Shown in pieces: positions 39,369-49,579 of a stretch of DNA of 64,000 bases. The notes beneath the pieces are model-generated. The model saw only the letters and a program-made list of their open reading frames with translations. It was not told the origin of the DNA and did not search any database. The position numbers and the translations under genes are program-made. Each line of letters opens with the position of its first letter. The first letter of the stretch is position 1. The stretch is from Candidatus Latescibacterota bacterium (lineage in GTDB: Bacteria; Latescibacterota; UBA2968; GCA-2709665), in assembly GCA_965222075.1 (NCBI GenBank), contig OZ244937.1, positions 2,592,001-2,656,000 of the forward strand, in the 5' to 3' direction.

Positions 39369-41789
39369 CTAAAACACCAGGACCGAAACCGCCTTCTGGA
39401 TCATAGCAATAGAAACCGACGCCATCCCCACCAGGGCCATGCCAACCTGAAAACCGACCATGAGCACGGCGGCGTAAAGGCGCCACTGCTGCTTGCCGTA
39501 CTTCTTCCAGAAATAGTAGCGTGCCAGGAGCGCGCCGATGATCTCGGTGATCAGATAGTGGGGGATGCTGGTAAGGCTCCGTATGTATCCGAAAACCAGA
39601 AGGATCGGCAGGCCGAAGACCGAAAGGACCACAAAGGAAATAACACCTACGATAAAGCCAACCCCGATAACATTCGGCTTGAGGGCCTCGAACAGGATCG
39701 GTTTGTCGTCCGAACTCTGGAGAAAGGCCCCGTCAAAGGAAGGAACCTGATCGACCTCGAACTGGTAGACCAGCTCCCGCCCCTGAGGGTCTCGCGCCTC
39801 TAAGATCAAGAGCTTGGGATTGGGCGTACCTGCACGAACGCCGTTCTCAGGCCCCTGGACCACCGGCGCAGAGGGCAGGCCTGCCTCAAGCGCCTCCGAG
39901 ATGTCGGGTTCTGACGGATCGATCGGCAGGGGTGGGTTCGGAGGCGGGTCGGTCCCCTCAAACCGGGTGTATAAGTACCCGACCCGGGACCAGGGGCCGT
40001 AGGTGCGTTTCCTGGAATCGTCGATATCCACATCGGCCGAGGCCCGGGCGCGCCAGTACCACCACGCTCCGTCGGGCAGGTTGCTCGGCTTGAAGGTGAC
40101 CGTCCTGGCCGACGCATCCTGTTCGACCTCGCCTCGCATGGTACTGGTGAACCACACGCACGAATTCAGCGCCCGGAGGGGCCACATCAACTGGACATAA
40201 GGGTAGGCGTCGGAGGGAATCGGCGCCAGTTTCCAGATATAGGACCAGTACAAAAAGCTGGTGATGAGCACCACCGGAATCATGAAGACCTCGGCCCTCA
40301 GGATACTCGTAAACCGCGTTCCGGTCAGCTCGATCTGCCGGAAGCGCTCGGCATGCGCCCCGTAGTTGTCCAACGGGAAGGGTACGAACCAGATCTCGAT
40401 CCCCTTGAAACCGCTCAGGAAGATCGTCGCCTCCCGGATATACGGAATATTCACGTTCTGCCCGATCAACCCGTCCAGCCGCGCGTTGACAAAGGAGATG
40501 AGCGGGGTGTAAACAAAGGCAAAAACAAAGAAGAACGCCAGCAGGATGTTGCTCACCAGCTCCGGAAAGAGGATCTTCGCCAAGACGATCGTATACATGC
40601 TGGAGATGCAGAACAGGACCACGCAGATCCAGATCCGAAAGTCCCCCCGCCCAGGCGGCGGCGTCCAACTCCCCTTTTCCTGCTTCTCAATCCGGGCGTT
40701 GCGCACCCCCGTAATGACCTGGTAAAGTCCGATCACCGTAATGGCAAAAGTGATCCCGATACCGAAACTCATCCAGAAATCGATGTTGGTCACAAAGTGG
40801 GTCTGGATCGTATCCATCCCCATAAACCAGTGGGGCATATACCCGTAACTGTGCAGTATCGGGCTGGCGATCGTATGGATCACCACCCCGATAAAGGCCC
40901 CCATCACTGCCCAGAACGGCGCCAGGAACCCGGCGAAGATCGGCGCTAAGTGGCACGTAAACCCGATCGGCGTGGCCGCCAGGAAATAGCCCGTGTACTG
41001 CGTGAAATCCACAAAGGGGATCGGGATAAGCTGAATCGGCCGTTCCATAAAAGCCCCGGTAATCGCCGGGACCGCCACGTAAATCGCACCCCAGACCACC
41101 CCCACAACCGCGCCGATGCTGAACACCCGCCACTTCCACGTATACTCCCCGCTGCTCTCCTCGGCCAAGGCCATCGCGCCCTGCGCGTTGATAGGGGCAA
41201 AGGGAAAAGGCAGGCGTTCGTAGTCGGAGGTAAGCCGGAAGAGCACGTAGCTGGCCGTGAACCACTCGATGCGCGTCATAATCATGCCCAAAACCAGCAG
41301 CGAGATCGGCCAGAACCAGTCCGCGTGGAGAAAGGTCCGTTCGATCAGCGCCGGGGAGTCGGGCGGGGGCGCCCACCAGAAGGGAATGAGGTGGGAAATG
41401 CCAAACTGCTTGGCCGCCGGAGACTGCACGAAATACTGGTGCCACAACAGCCCTTCAAAGGCCCCGGTCTCCCGTCCGATGAGGGCGCTGGTGACGTAGT
41501 AGAGCAGGTAGAGCTCCTGCTTTTTGAGCACCGTAAAGGAGCGCTTGGCCAGTTCCAGGAAGAGAATGATCGTCACCCACTGCGCCGCCGCCCCGATGGA
41601 GCCTCCAATCATCAGTTCCAAGTAGATATTCCCCGGAACCATGATCACCGAGACGAAGAGGGCGCCCAGGATCGTCTTGGTATTAAACCCGTCTTCAAAC
41701 TCCTCGGGCGCCTCCAAAAGATCCCGGTACTCTTCGATCTCCTCGAACTGGGAGGTCCTTCCCCTGCGAAAAATGTTCGCTAAAGCCAT
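39369..41789 (-). CDS. OPT-superfamily-like multi-TM peptide transporter with an inserted soluble domain
   Basis: FEDGFNTKTILGALF, AAQWVT, many TM helices, ERLPFP, PIPS..YP. Confidence 0.65.
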   Translation of the reverse strand: MALANIFRRGRTSQFEEIEEYRDLLEAPEEFEDGFNTKTILGALFVSVIMVPGNIYLELMIGGSIGAAAQWVTIILFLELAKRSFTVLKKQELYLLYYVTSALIGRETGAFEGLLWHQYFVQSPAAKQFGISHLIPFWWAPPPDSPALIERTFLHADWFWPISLLVLGMIMTRIEWFTASYVLFRLTSDYERLPFPFAPINAQGAMALAEESSGEYTWKWRVFSIGAVVGVVWGAIYVAVPAITGAFMERPIQLIPIPFVDFTQYTGYFLAATPIGFTCHLAPIFAGFLAPFWAVMGAFIGVVIHTIASPILHSYGYMPHWFMGMDTIQTHFVTNIDFWMSFGIGITFAITVIGLYQVITGVRNARIEKQEKGSWTPPPGRGDFRIWICVVLFCISSMYTIVLAKILFPELVSNILLAFFFVFAFVYTPLISFVNARLDGLIGQNVNIPYIREATIFLSGFKGIEIWFVPFPLDNYGAHAERFRQIELTGTRFTSILRAEVFMIPVVLITSFLYWSYIWKLAPIPSDAYPYVQLMWPLRALNSCVWFTSTMRGEVEQDASARTVTFKPSNLPDGAWWYWRARASADVDIDDSRKRTYGPWSRVGYLYTRFEGTDPPPNPPLPIDPSEPDISEALEAGLPSAPVVQGPENGVRAGTPNPKLLILEARDPQGRELVYQFEVDQVPSFDGAFLQSSDDKPILFEALKPNVIGVGFIVGVISFVVLSVFGLPILLVFGYIRSLTSIPHYLITEIIGALLARYYFWKKYGKQQWRLYAAVLMVGFQVGMALVGMASVSIAMIQKAVSVLVF

Positions 41790-41822
41790 TGGATATCTTC
41801 TGTTAAAAGGTGGATGTCAGGC

Positions 41823-44800
41823 TTATTTCGGATTCTCGCCCACTGCCTGTTCCTTCAACATCTGTTCGCCCTGCTCCCGGTATTTCGCCTTATCCGCCGC
41901 ATCCACGGTCCGCCAGATCAAAAATTGTTTCCGCAGCGCATTCGTAAACCCCTGGTTCACCCGCCGCCATGAGGCCGCATCTCCGGAGAGCCGGTCGATC
42001 GTTAGCGACAGCGTGTAGATATTGTACTCCCCGGTCGGCACTGCCTCAAAGTGGACCTGTTCGCTCACGCCCAGATCGAACGGCGCCAGCCAGATGGCCG
42101 TATCGATCGTATATCCCTTTCCCTTTTCAGTCTCGATTGCACCCAGCGTCGCGCCGTCGGTGTAAAACGTCCCCATCGCTTCGCCGCTGTGCGACTCAAA
42201 ATAGCCCACCAGAAAGACCGAGAGCCCAAACACATCGCTGCCCCCTACCGTAAATGGGAACTCGAAGTGCCAGCGGTCGCCGTCCGGCTCCGGCAGCTTC
42301 CAGCGGCGGGTGACATCCGGCACCGCCATCAAAGAGGCCTGCCGGGCCGGATAGAGGGTGGAAAGGATCACCACCGCCATGACCAGACCCGAAGAGGAAA
42401 TGGCCGAAAGCGACGAATAATTGAGCGTAACCCCCTCAAGCCAGCCCTGCGCAAGCAGCACCTTGGCCACCCCCTGTCCCATCAGGTACCCGCTCACCGT
42501 GCCTAAAACCGCATACACGCAGGCCTCGGCGACAAAGAGGAAGGCAATGTGGACCGGCGCCAGGCCCACCGCAGAATAGATCCCGATCTCCCGAAAACGT
42601 TCGTAGACCGACCCCATCATCGTATTCAGCACAATCAGGGCCGCAACCAGGATCGGAATAAAGAGGTTGCCCAGCCCTCGCAGCGAGGTATGGCCCAAAG
42701 AGCTGTAGACCGAAATCCGGATCCGCCCCTCATCGTCGGGAATACCCACAAAGAGGACCACCGAAAGCCGCGAAAGAAAGGCCTTTACCTGCGCCTGAAT
42801 ATCCACACCCGGATGGAACCGGACGGCCACAGACTGCAAGGGGCTGCCCACCTCGCGCAGCAGATAGTAAGGGATAATCAGGATATTGTCCGGGTCGAGG
42901 TGTTCGAAGGGCAGGATATCGACCTCCGGCTCTTCCAGCCCCTTCTTCTCTCGCCGCGACTGTGTATACATCCGGGAGATCGCCTCTTCATCCGTCTCTT
43001 CAAAGTCGGCCGGGCTGAGAATCTCGCCGTCTAAGTCCTTCACCTGCTGGAATTCCTCCGAATCGATCAGGCCGATAACCGTCAGCTGCTCCCCGAAGAG
43101 CCGAACCTGACGGTTGCCCACGTCATCAGGCGTAATTCCCAGCAGATCCGCGACCTTCCCCGGCAGGATACAGGCCCGTTCTCCCGGCCGGAACCAGCGG
43201 CCGGTACTGAGACAGCGGTCAATACCCGTCACCTCGGCCTCCTGTGGGGCCATTCCAAGCACACCCAGTGCCACGGTGGTCTTGTTCTCCGACTTCACTG
43301 GAATCTTCTTCTTGTCCCGGGTGTAATACCAGCTCCGGGGGGCCACCACGCCCAGATCCTTAAAATGGGTCACCGCATAGTCGTAGGCCACCTCCTCCAG
43401 GGCGCCCCAGAACTGGCTGCGGACCAGCACGCCCGGGTAGCCCCCCTCGCTATCCCGGTGGAGCTGGTGGAACTGTAGGGTCGACTTGATCGATGTGAAA
43501 GAAAGGACGGTAAAAGTGAGCAGCAGCAGCGTCACAAAGGTCAACCAGGTGCGCAGCTTGCGGCGCTTCATGTTGGCAATGCCAAGGTGGAAGGCGGCTA
43601 AGGAGGCGCTGATGCGGCCCACATCGGTCTCGTGCAGCAGAACCTCGTCGGTCCGCAGCCGGCGCATATTCTCGTTAAACCGGGAAAATACGAGCCAGAT
43701 CACAAAAATTGCAAGCGCCAGAATGACGAAAGCCAGAAGCACCACAAAGGGGTTGGAGAGGTCAAACGCCGGGTGGACCACGGAGAGGAACATCCAGATC
43801 ACCGCAAAGATTCCGGCAAACCCGACAACCTGCCAGCGGATATCGGGGGCGGTAAAAATCAGGCGCTCGGTAAAAAAGGCACAGGGGATGACCAGGGCCA
43901 TAAAGAAGATAATCCCCCGGATCACATCGTTCTGGGTTGCCTTCACATCCGGATATGCCCGCGACTCGATCCCCAGCGCCGCCCGGGTATGTTTCATAAA
44001 AGCATCCCAGAGCTTCTCCGCCATCGCCGCTTCGGCCTGCTTGAGGTGATACGCCGCATCGGCATGGAGGGTATTCAGCCGGTGATTCTCAATCGCATAC
44101 CGCTTCAACTCCTGCATCCGGGCCTCATCCAGCGTCCACATATCCTTCGCAGCCTGGAAGGACGTACGCGCAAACGACCCGTGGGTCAGCGTCGTAAACC
44201 CCTTGCCGCGGGCGGCCTCCTTGCTCTTGGCGCTCTGGGCGTTGAGCAGCAGGAAGCGCACGCCGATAACGCCTGAGCGCATCGCAATCTTGACCTTTTC
44301 CCCGGGCCGGGTGAAAATCGTTCCCACCGGCTCGGTCGGTCCAAATCCAATCGCATAGCCGTACTCCTGAGGGGCCGTATGACCCTCCCCGTAAATGCTG
44401 ATCTGCGAGAGCTTGGTCAGATAGCGGGGATCGACCGTGTCGTAGAAATCTGTGGCAATGCACGGAAAGAGGATGAGGGTGCGCTTGGAGATCCACCAGT
44501 CCATGTCAAACTCGCCCCGGTAGATCTGTGCCTGCTGCCCGAAGTTGGGCGCATAGGTAATCTCCCCCGTATCCGGATCGAGGTAATAGGCGGACACCGA
44601 CACCCGGCGTTCCGCGATGCCGGGCATGTAGAACTCCCCCTTCTCATCGGCCACATCGTAGTAGATTCGGCGTACCCCTTTGATCGACTTGTCGATGCCC
44701 ATCCGCAGGGCGGCCACCGCCCCCGGTTTGGGACGGTCGGGCACAATGCTGCGTCTGGGAAAGGTCCGCACAAACCCCTTCAACCCCCGCATCCGGTCGT

Positions 44801-46334
44801 CTGGATTGAGCCGGTAATCGGGCAGAAGGTCGGGACTGTTCAGGGCCAGGTCGAGTACCCCGGCCAGGAGGCGAACCTGTCCGGTCAGGTTCTGGTAGTT
44901 CACAAACGCCGGCCGGTCTAAGGGCGTATCCACCCGGAACCGGGCGTCGTTCACCGTAACCAGAGACAGCGCAGGGGTACCCGCCTCTAAGACAACCTCC
45001 CCGTCCGTCTTCAAATCCTTTCCCGGAATGTACATATCCCAGGTCATGCCGCCCGTCGGATTGATCCCATCCGCCAGGGCACGCTTCGGATCCAGCCCGA
45101 ACCCCTCGGCGATCGCCTTGGAAAATCGGACAAACGTCTTCCCAAAAGGCGTAAAGAACCGCTGATAGTAAAAACTCCGGGTGCTGTTCCAGACCCCAAC
45201 CTCATCGGTCTGGCTGGTCAGATCCAGTCCGATGAAGAGGCGAATATCGATCGGGTCGGTCACCAGCGCCCTAAAATGCCTCTCCTTCCGGGCGTGGCGC
45301 CCCAGAAAGTCGCAGATCCCACGAAACCCCAGGTGATGCGAGGAAGTGGCCAGAAAGAGCACCGTGCGTGCAGGCGGATACCGGCTGAAGTAGTCCACCA
45401 GTTCCATCAAAGCCACAATACCGCAGGCCATCTCCGCGCCGGGAGCCAGGGCCGGCACAACCGACATGGCGTCGTAATAGGCGCTGATCACCACAATCTG
45501 GTCCCTCAGCTCCGGATCGGTCCCCGGCACCGTCCCCAGGATGTTGTGCGCAGACAGCTTCTCCCAGTCCATCCGGGCGTTCAGTTCAACCTCGAGTTCC
45601 CCCTCTTGGGCCAGGAGCCGCTGCAGCGTCTCCCCGGATGCCTTGTCAATCCAGAACCGCTCCACGCGGTTGGGCACCTGGAGAAATTTCTGCTCGGCCT
45701 CTGTATAAAACGTGGAATCGGGTTCGATAAAAATAACCTGCCCGGCCCCCAGGGTGGCGGCATTGAGCCAGTTGTTCCAGGAGTTAAACACCATCAGAAC
45801 CGCCACACCTTCCATATCGTGGCCGTTAAATTCCCCGAACGTCCCGCTGCCGCCGTAGACAAGGCGGGTGCGAACGCCCCAGCGGGGGAGCGTGGAGGTC
45901 TTCACCAAATTCGGCCAGACCGCATAAATGGGAAAAGAGACCCCGCTTTTCACAAGCGTAAGCCTCCCCCCCTTGTCCACTGGAGACGTCACATCAAAGG
46001 CCTCGGTCCTGACATCCTCAAGCCCGAGGCGCTCAAATTCCTGCTGGATAAACCCGGCGGCGGCCTCGTGGCCGGGATAACCCGGAACGCGGGACCCCTG
46101 CTCGGTAAAACGGGCCATCAACCGGCGTACATCTGCCCCGGAGACCGCGTCTAAGACCCGGGCGGTCACTTCTTCGGCCCTTGAAACCCCCTTGGGAAAC
46201 ACGGGAGTGGGAGGCCTCAGGCCCAGGAAGTCCGACAGCCAGGGGTTGATCCGGTCGGGCCCTGCGCCTATCGCAAAAAACGCAAATGCCGCGAACCCGA
46301 CAAGCAGAATCAATCCGATGCGGCGAACGGCCAT
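41823..46334 (-). CDS. M28 peptidase-like domain fused to an FtsX/MacB-like ABC permease (1503 aa)
   Basis: SRVPGYPG, NILG, ISAYYDA, GLDL near the N-terminus; NMKRRKLRT and NTMMGSVYERFREIGIYSAVGL (FtsX) near the C-terminus. Confidence 0.75.
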   Translation of the reverse strand: MAVRRIGLILLVGFAAFAFFAIGAGPDRINPWLSDFLGLRPPTPVFPKGVSRAEEVTARVLDAVSGADVRRLMARFTEQGSRVPGYPGHEAAAGFIQQEFERLGLEDVRTEAFDVTSPVDKGGRLTLVKSGVSFPIYAVWPNLVKTSTLPRWGVRTRLVYGGSGTFGEFNGHDMEGVAVLMVFNSWNNWLNAATLGAGQVIFIEPDSTFYTEAEQKFLQVPNRVERFWIDKASGETLQRLLAQEGELEVELNARMDWEKLSAHNILGTVPGTDPELRDQIVVISAYYDAMSVVPALAPGAEMACGIVALMELVDYFSRYPPARTVLFLATSSHHLGFRGICDFLGRHARKERHFRALVTDPIDIRLFIGLDLTSQTDEVGVWNSTRSFYYQRFFTPFGKTFVRFSKAIAEGFGLDPKRALADGINPTGGMTWDMYIPGKDLKTDGEVVLEAGTPALSLVTVNDARFRVDTPLDRPAFVNYQNLTGQVRLLAGVLDLALNSPDLLPDYRLNPDDRMRGLKGFVRTFPRRSIVPDRPKPGAVAALRMGIDKSIKGVRRIYYDVADEKGEFYMPGIAERRVSVSAYYLDPDTGEITYAPNFGQQAQIYRGEFDMDWWISKRTLILFPCIATDFYDTVDPRYLTKLSQISIYGEGHTAPQEYGYAIGFGPTEPVGTIFTRPGEKVKIAMRSGVIGVRFLLLNAQSAKSKEAARGKGFTTLTHGSFARTSFQAAKDMWTLDEARMQELKRYAIENHRLNTLHADAAYHLKQAEAAMAEKLWDAFMKHTRAALGIESRAYPDVKATQNDVIRGIIFFMALVIPCAFFTERLIFTAPDIRWQVVGFAGIFAVIWMFLSVVHPAFDLSNPFVVLLAFVILALAIFVIWLVFSRFNENMRRLRTDEVLLHETDVGRISASLAAFHLGIANMKRRKLRTWLTFVTLLLLTFTVLSFTSIKSTLQFHQLHRDSEGGYPGVLVRSQFWGALEEVAYDYAVTHFKDLGVVAPRSWYYTRDKKKIPVKSENKTTVALGVLGMAPQEAEVTGIDRCLSTGRWFRPGERACILPGKVADLLGITPDDVGNRQVRLFGEQLTVIGLIDSEEFQQVKDLDGEILSPADFEETDEEAISRMYTQSRREKKGLEEPEVDILPFEHLDPDNILIIPYYLLREVGSPLQSVAVRFHPGVDIQAQVKAFLSRLSVVLFVGIPDDEGRIRISVYSSLGHTSLRGLGNLFIPILVAALIVLNTMMGSVYERFREIGIYSAVGLAPVHIAFLFVAEACVYAVLGTVSGYLMGQGVAKVLLAQGWLEGVTLNYSSLSAISSSGLVMAVVILSTLYPARQASLMAVPDVTRRWKLPEPDGDRWHFEFPFTVGGSDVFGLSVFLVGYFESHSGEAMGTFYTDGATLGAIETEKGKGYTIDTAIWLAPFDLGVSEQVHFEAVPTGEYNIYTLSLTIDRLSGDAASWRRVNQGFTNALRKQFLIWRTVDAADKAKYREQGEQMLKEQAVGENPK

Positions 46335-46446
46335 TGAACAATCACCTCAACCAACTTAAATATTGCGGATTGAATGGCTTTTATTCCAGGCAGGGGAGAC
46401 GATCCGGCTGGGCGTTAGCCAATCGTCCGGGGTGGGGGTCCGAAAT

Positions 46447-48468
46447 CTAAAATCGATGGACATAATGCCCCCGTTCCGGAAACCAGATCATATCCACAAA
46501 CGTAGACAGCGCGATCCCTAAGACATAACCCACCAGCGCTCCGACGAAAAACGGCCGGGATTTCCGGTAAACCGACGGCCCGCCCACCTTCAGCATCACC
46601 AGCTTGATCAACCAGGCCATAAAAATCGTAAAACTCGTCCGTCGGGCCAGATAAGACCCCGAAATGGCCAGCCCCACCGGGTGCAGCGGCCACCAGACAA
46701 ACCGGTGGCGAAGGTAGATCAGCCCGGCCATGGCTACCCCGCCAATGCCGAAAAAGACGAGCTGGCCGGGATTTTCCATATAGACGGGAAGACCTGGATC
46801 TTTCGTAAAAAAATTCTTAACGGAAGTCGCCGTATATTTGAAATGCCTCATGCCGCCGCGTACGACCTGGTAACTGTGGAAGTTGTAAGCGCCGTCCCGG
46901 TACCCCAGATGGAGCGTTAGAAACACGCTCACCAGAAGGCTGATCAGAAACGCAAGGGCGATCGCAGCCATCAACGACCGCCGGTTGCGCCGAACCCCTT
47001 CGGCAATCCGCCCGGCATGGGCCAGAGCCGGAAGAAACAGCCCTTTGTAGTGCGAGACCATCCTCGACGCGAACCGGTAGGCCACGCGGGTGCTCGGACC
47101 AATGGCATAGCCACCGATAAAGGGGCCCACCAGTCCCCAGGGACCGGCCGGCACGTTGGTGTAGGGCATCCCCGTATCCGCCAGGATCTTGGCCATGCCC
47201 ACATAGGTGAAAATCACCGCCAGCAGCAACAGCACCGCCTGCAGAGGGTCGAACCCGATGCGGAAAAGCCAGACCCACATATAGGCCAGGCCGATGAGCA
47301 GCCCGATGAGCGCGGTGCGGTAAGAAAGGAGTTCGTCCCGGTCCTCAAGCGGATAGTCGCGGTTCAGCGCCTTATGGAACACATCCCGGATGTGGCGGCG
47401 AGCCACCCAGAACATGGAGAGGACCAGGACAAAGTAGGCTCCTTTTGTCTGCCAATAGTAATCGCTTCGGTAGTAGTAGGGCGAGATAACACTAAAGCCT
47501 ATCTTGTTGAGGTTACCCCCTTCAACAATAAAGAGCAGGTCGAAGAGCCAGATGCTGAGCAAAACGTCCAAGCTGGCAAAATAGGAAAAGAAAATCGTAA
47601 AAAGACCGAAAAATCCCCAGATTGGAGGGAACTGCCGGTCAATCCAGTACCAGCGCCCTCTGTATACCGGAAACCGGGGAAAACCGGGGAAAAAGTAGTT
47701 GAGACAGTTCCAGGCGATCATCCCGAAAGAGATCCCGAACCCGATCCAGAAGAGATAGTTTCTTGTAAATTCCGGCAGCCAGCGCTTCCCCGACCCCGGC
47801 CTGGAGGCCATATCGATCAGCGGGGCCACAGCCGGAAACACGAGGCGCTCGTGATGCACCCACTGCTTCCGGAAAATCACGGCCACACAGGCCAGGGCCA
47901 CAAAGGCGGCCACAATCATCGTAGTCCACCAGAACAGCGGCAACAGCCAGACCCCCCAGGGCACCTCTGCCCCCTGGGGAAGGCCCTCGTAGAACCAGGA
48001 GACGGCCTTTCCCTCATTTGAAGGCACCAGCCAGTTCGGAATGTAGGGATGGAGATACTTGTCCCACTCATTCTCAAGAGTGGCAAAGTAAAAGGGCGCA
48101 GCCATATAGCCGATCAGGTAGCCGCTGAGCCCGTAGACGGGTATGGCGGCGCCCACAAGCCCCATGGCCAGGATGGTGTGCCACTCGGAGGGCGAAAGCA
48201 CCACCCCGGTCAAACGGGAGATGACCGCCCCCCCCATCATCATCAAGGCAAAAACGATGAGCATCGCCATAGGAATATGGCTGTAGCTCATCAACGAGGC
48301 GTGTAAGACGTAGCGGACGTAAATGGCAAAAACGTCCAGCCCAACGACCAGAACCAGACCCAGCAGGACGGCCCGGGTGGTAACTCCTGTAGGTCTCAGA
48401 GCATCAGAAAGGGCGCCCGATGGGGCCTCAACGGTCTCTGTCTGAACGATTCGAGGGTCGGTTGCCAT
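46447..48468 (-). CDS. DUF6785/DUF6784-type multi-TM membrane protein (OPT-related)
   Basis: TTRAVLLG, RKQWVHHERLVFP, WWPLHPVG, AWLIKLVMLKVGG...PFFVG. Confidence 0.7.
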   Translation of the reverse strand: MATDPRIVQTETVEAPSGALSDALRPTGVTTRAVLLGLVLVVGLDVFAIYVRYVLHASLMSYSHIPMAMLIVFALMMMGGAVISRLTGVVLSPSEWHTILAMGLVGAAIPVYGLSGYLIGYMAAPFYFATLENEWDKYLHPYIPNWLVPSNEGKAVSWFYEGLPQGAEVPWGVWLLPLFWWTTMIVAAFVALACVAVIFRKQWVHHERLVFPAVAPLIDMASRPGSGKRWLPEFTRNYLFWIGFGISFGMIAWNCLNYFFPGFPRFPVYRGRWYWIDRQFPPIWGFFGLFTIFFSYFASLDVLLSIWLFDLLFIVEGGNLNKIGFSVISPYYYRSDYYWQTKGAYFVLVLSMFWVARRHIRDVFHKALNRDYPLEDRDELLSYRTALIGLLIGLAYMWVWLFRIGFDPLQAVLLLLAVIFTYVGMAKILADTGMPYTNVPAGPWGLVGPFIGGYAIGPSTRVAYRFASRMVSHYKGLFLPALAHAGRIAEGVRRNRRSLMAAIALAFLISLLVSVFLTLHLGYRDGAYNFHSYQVVRGGMRHFKYTATSVKNFFTKDPGLPVYMENPGQLVFFGIGGVAMAGLIYLRHRFVWWPLHPVGLAISGSYLARRTSFTIFMAWLIKLVMLKVGGPSVYRKSRPFFVGALVGYVLGIALSTFVDMIWFPERGHYVHRF

Positions 48469-48537
48469 TTTCAGCCGAGGGGAATCTCCTGCAATTCTTC
48501 GACATAGGAATAAAAATAATGTTGAGTATATCGTCAC

Positions 48538-48781
48538 GGTACACGACAAAAAATCAAGGTCCTATATAACCCCTTGATATACAATGAGATCTATTAGCCC
48601 CACAACGTGCGTTGGATCGGAAATGGTGAGCAACCAGTGACTTCTCGCTTCCTGTGCAGTGCAAAAGCAGGGTTTACACAGCATATCCGAGGCGAATAAA
48701 GCATATGCGTTACGGAATCTGGAGGCTTTTTAGTCCGTAATTAACTGCTTTACAATGTATTAGAAAGTTTTGTCGTGTACC
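48538..48781. repeat. 14-bp perfect inverted repeat flanking an AT-rich segment
   Basis: GGTACACGACAAAA (48538-48551) and TTTTGTCGTGTACC (48768-48781). Confidence 0.7.
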
Positions 48782-49046
48782 TTAGTATATCGTACAACTT
48801 TCGTTTTGTCAAATAAATATTCATAGGCACCAAAATACAGGCTCTGGTTTCATGCCCTTCATTATTATGGGAGCGGTTCTACGCCTATTCCCCAGGAGGT
48901 CCCCATGCGTCATACCGTCTGTTCACAATCTGCCAAAGGCTGACACAGAGGCGTATTCCTTTTCGAGATTCTTGACTTCAGCAGGCCATTTTGTTAGATT
49001 TTCCTTATGCCGATTGAAGTCCGAAACAAGCCTCGGACAAGATGGA

Positions 49047-49122
<76 letters not shown>

Positions 49123-49140
49123 CCTCTTCCGATGCGTCGA

Positions 49141-49183
49141 GGCATCTGTGGCCCCGTTGAGAGGGTGTGCAGATGCCTTTTTT
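49141..49183 (+). terminator. intrinsic terminator after tRNA-Phe
   Basis: GGCATCTG...CAGATGCC followed by TTTTTT. Confidence 0.75.
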
Positions 49184-49337
49184 GCGTTAGCAAGTTCACA
49201 AACGGTGACCACAGCGGCCCGGTCCCGGCCAGACCACCTTCATACTTGTCATGATTGACTTCCTTAAAAAGATACATTACCTTCATAAAGCGGAACAAAA
49301 GCGGAACAGAACAGGATTCTCACCGTGACCGGAAGGT

Positions 49338-49514
49338 ATGGATATGGCCGTTCCTGAGCATATTGTGGATCGGGACCGCCTGATCGAACTGGTTCGGCAG
49401 GGGAGCACTCCCGAACAGATCGCGGAAATATTCCGCGTGGATGGAGGCATCGTTCGCGATATGATCCGGCGTCTCGAACAGAATGGGTATTACGACCTGC
49501 TCCGGAGAAAATGA
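49338..49514 (+). CDS. small helix-turn-helix protein (58 aa, absent from the ORF track)
   Basis: SD GGAAGG; MDMAVPEHIVDRDRLIELVRQGSTPEQIAEIFRVDGGIVRDMIRRLEQNGYYDLLRRK. Confidence 0.6.
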   Translation: MDMAVPEHIVDRDRLIELVRQGSTPEQIAEIFRVDGGIVRDMIRRLEQNGYYDLLRRK

Positions 49515-49579
49515 CCCGAAAGACGGGCATCGCAGTTCTTGCCCTCTTCCATATACCACCATGGCTGGCGCCCCGGAGA

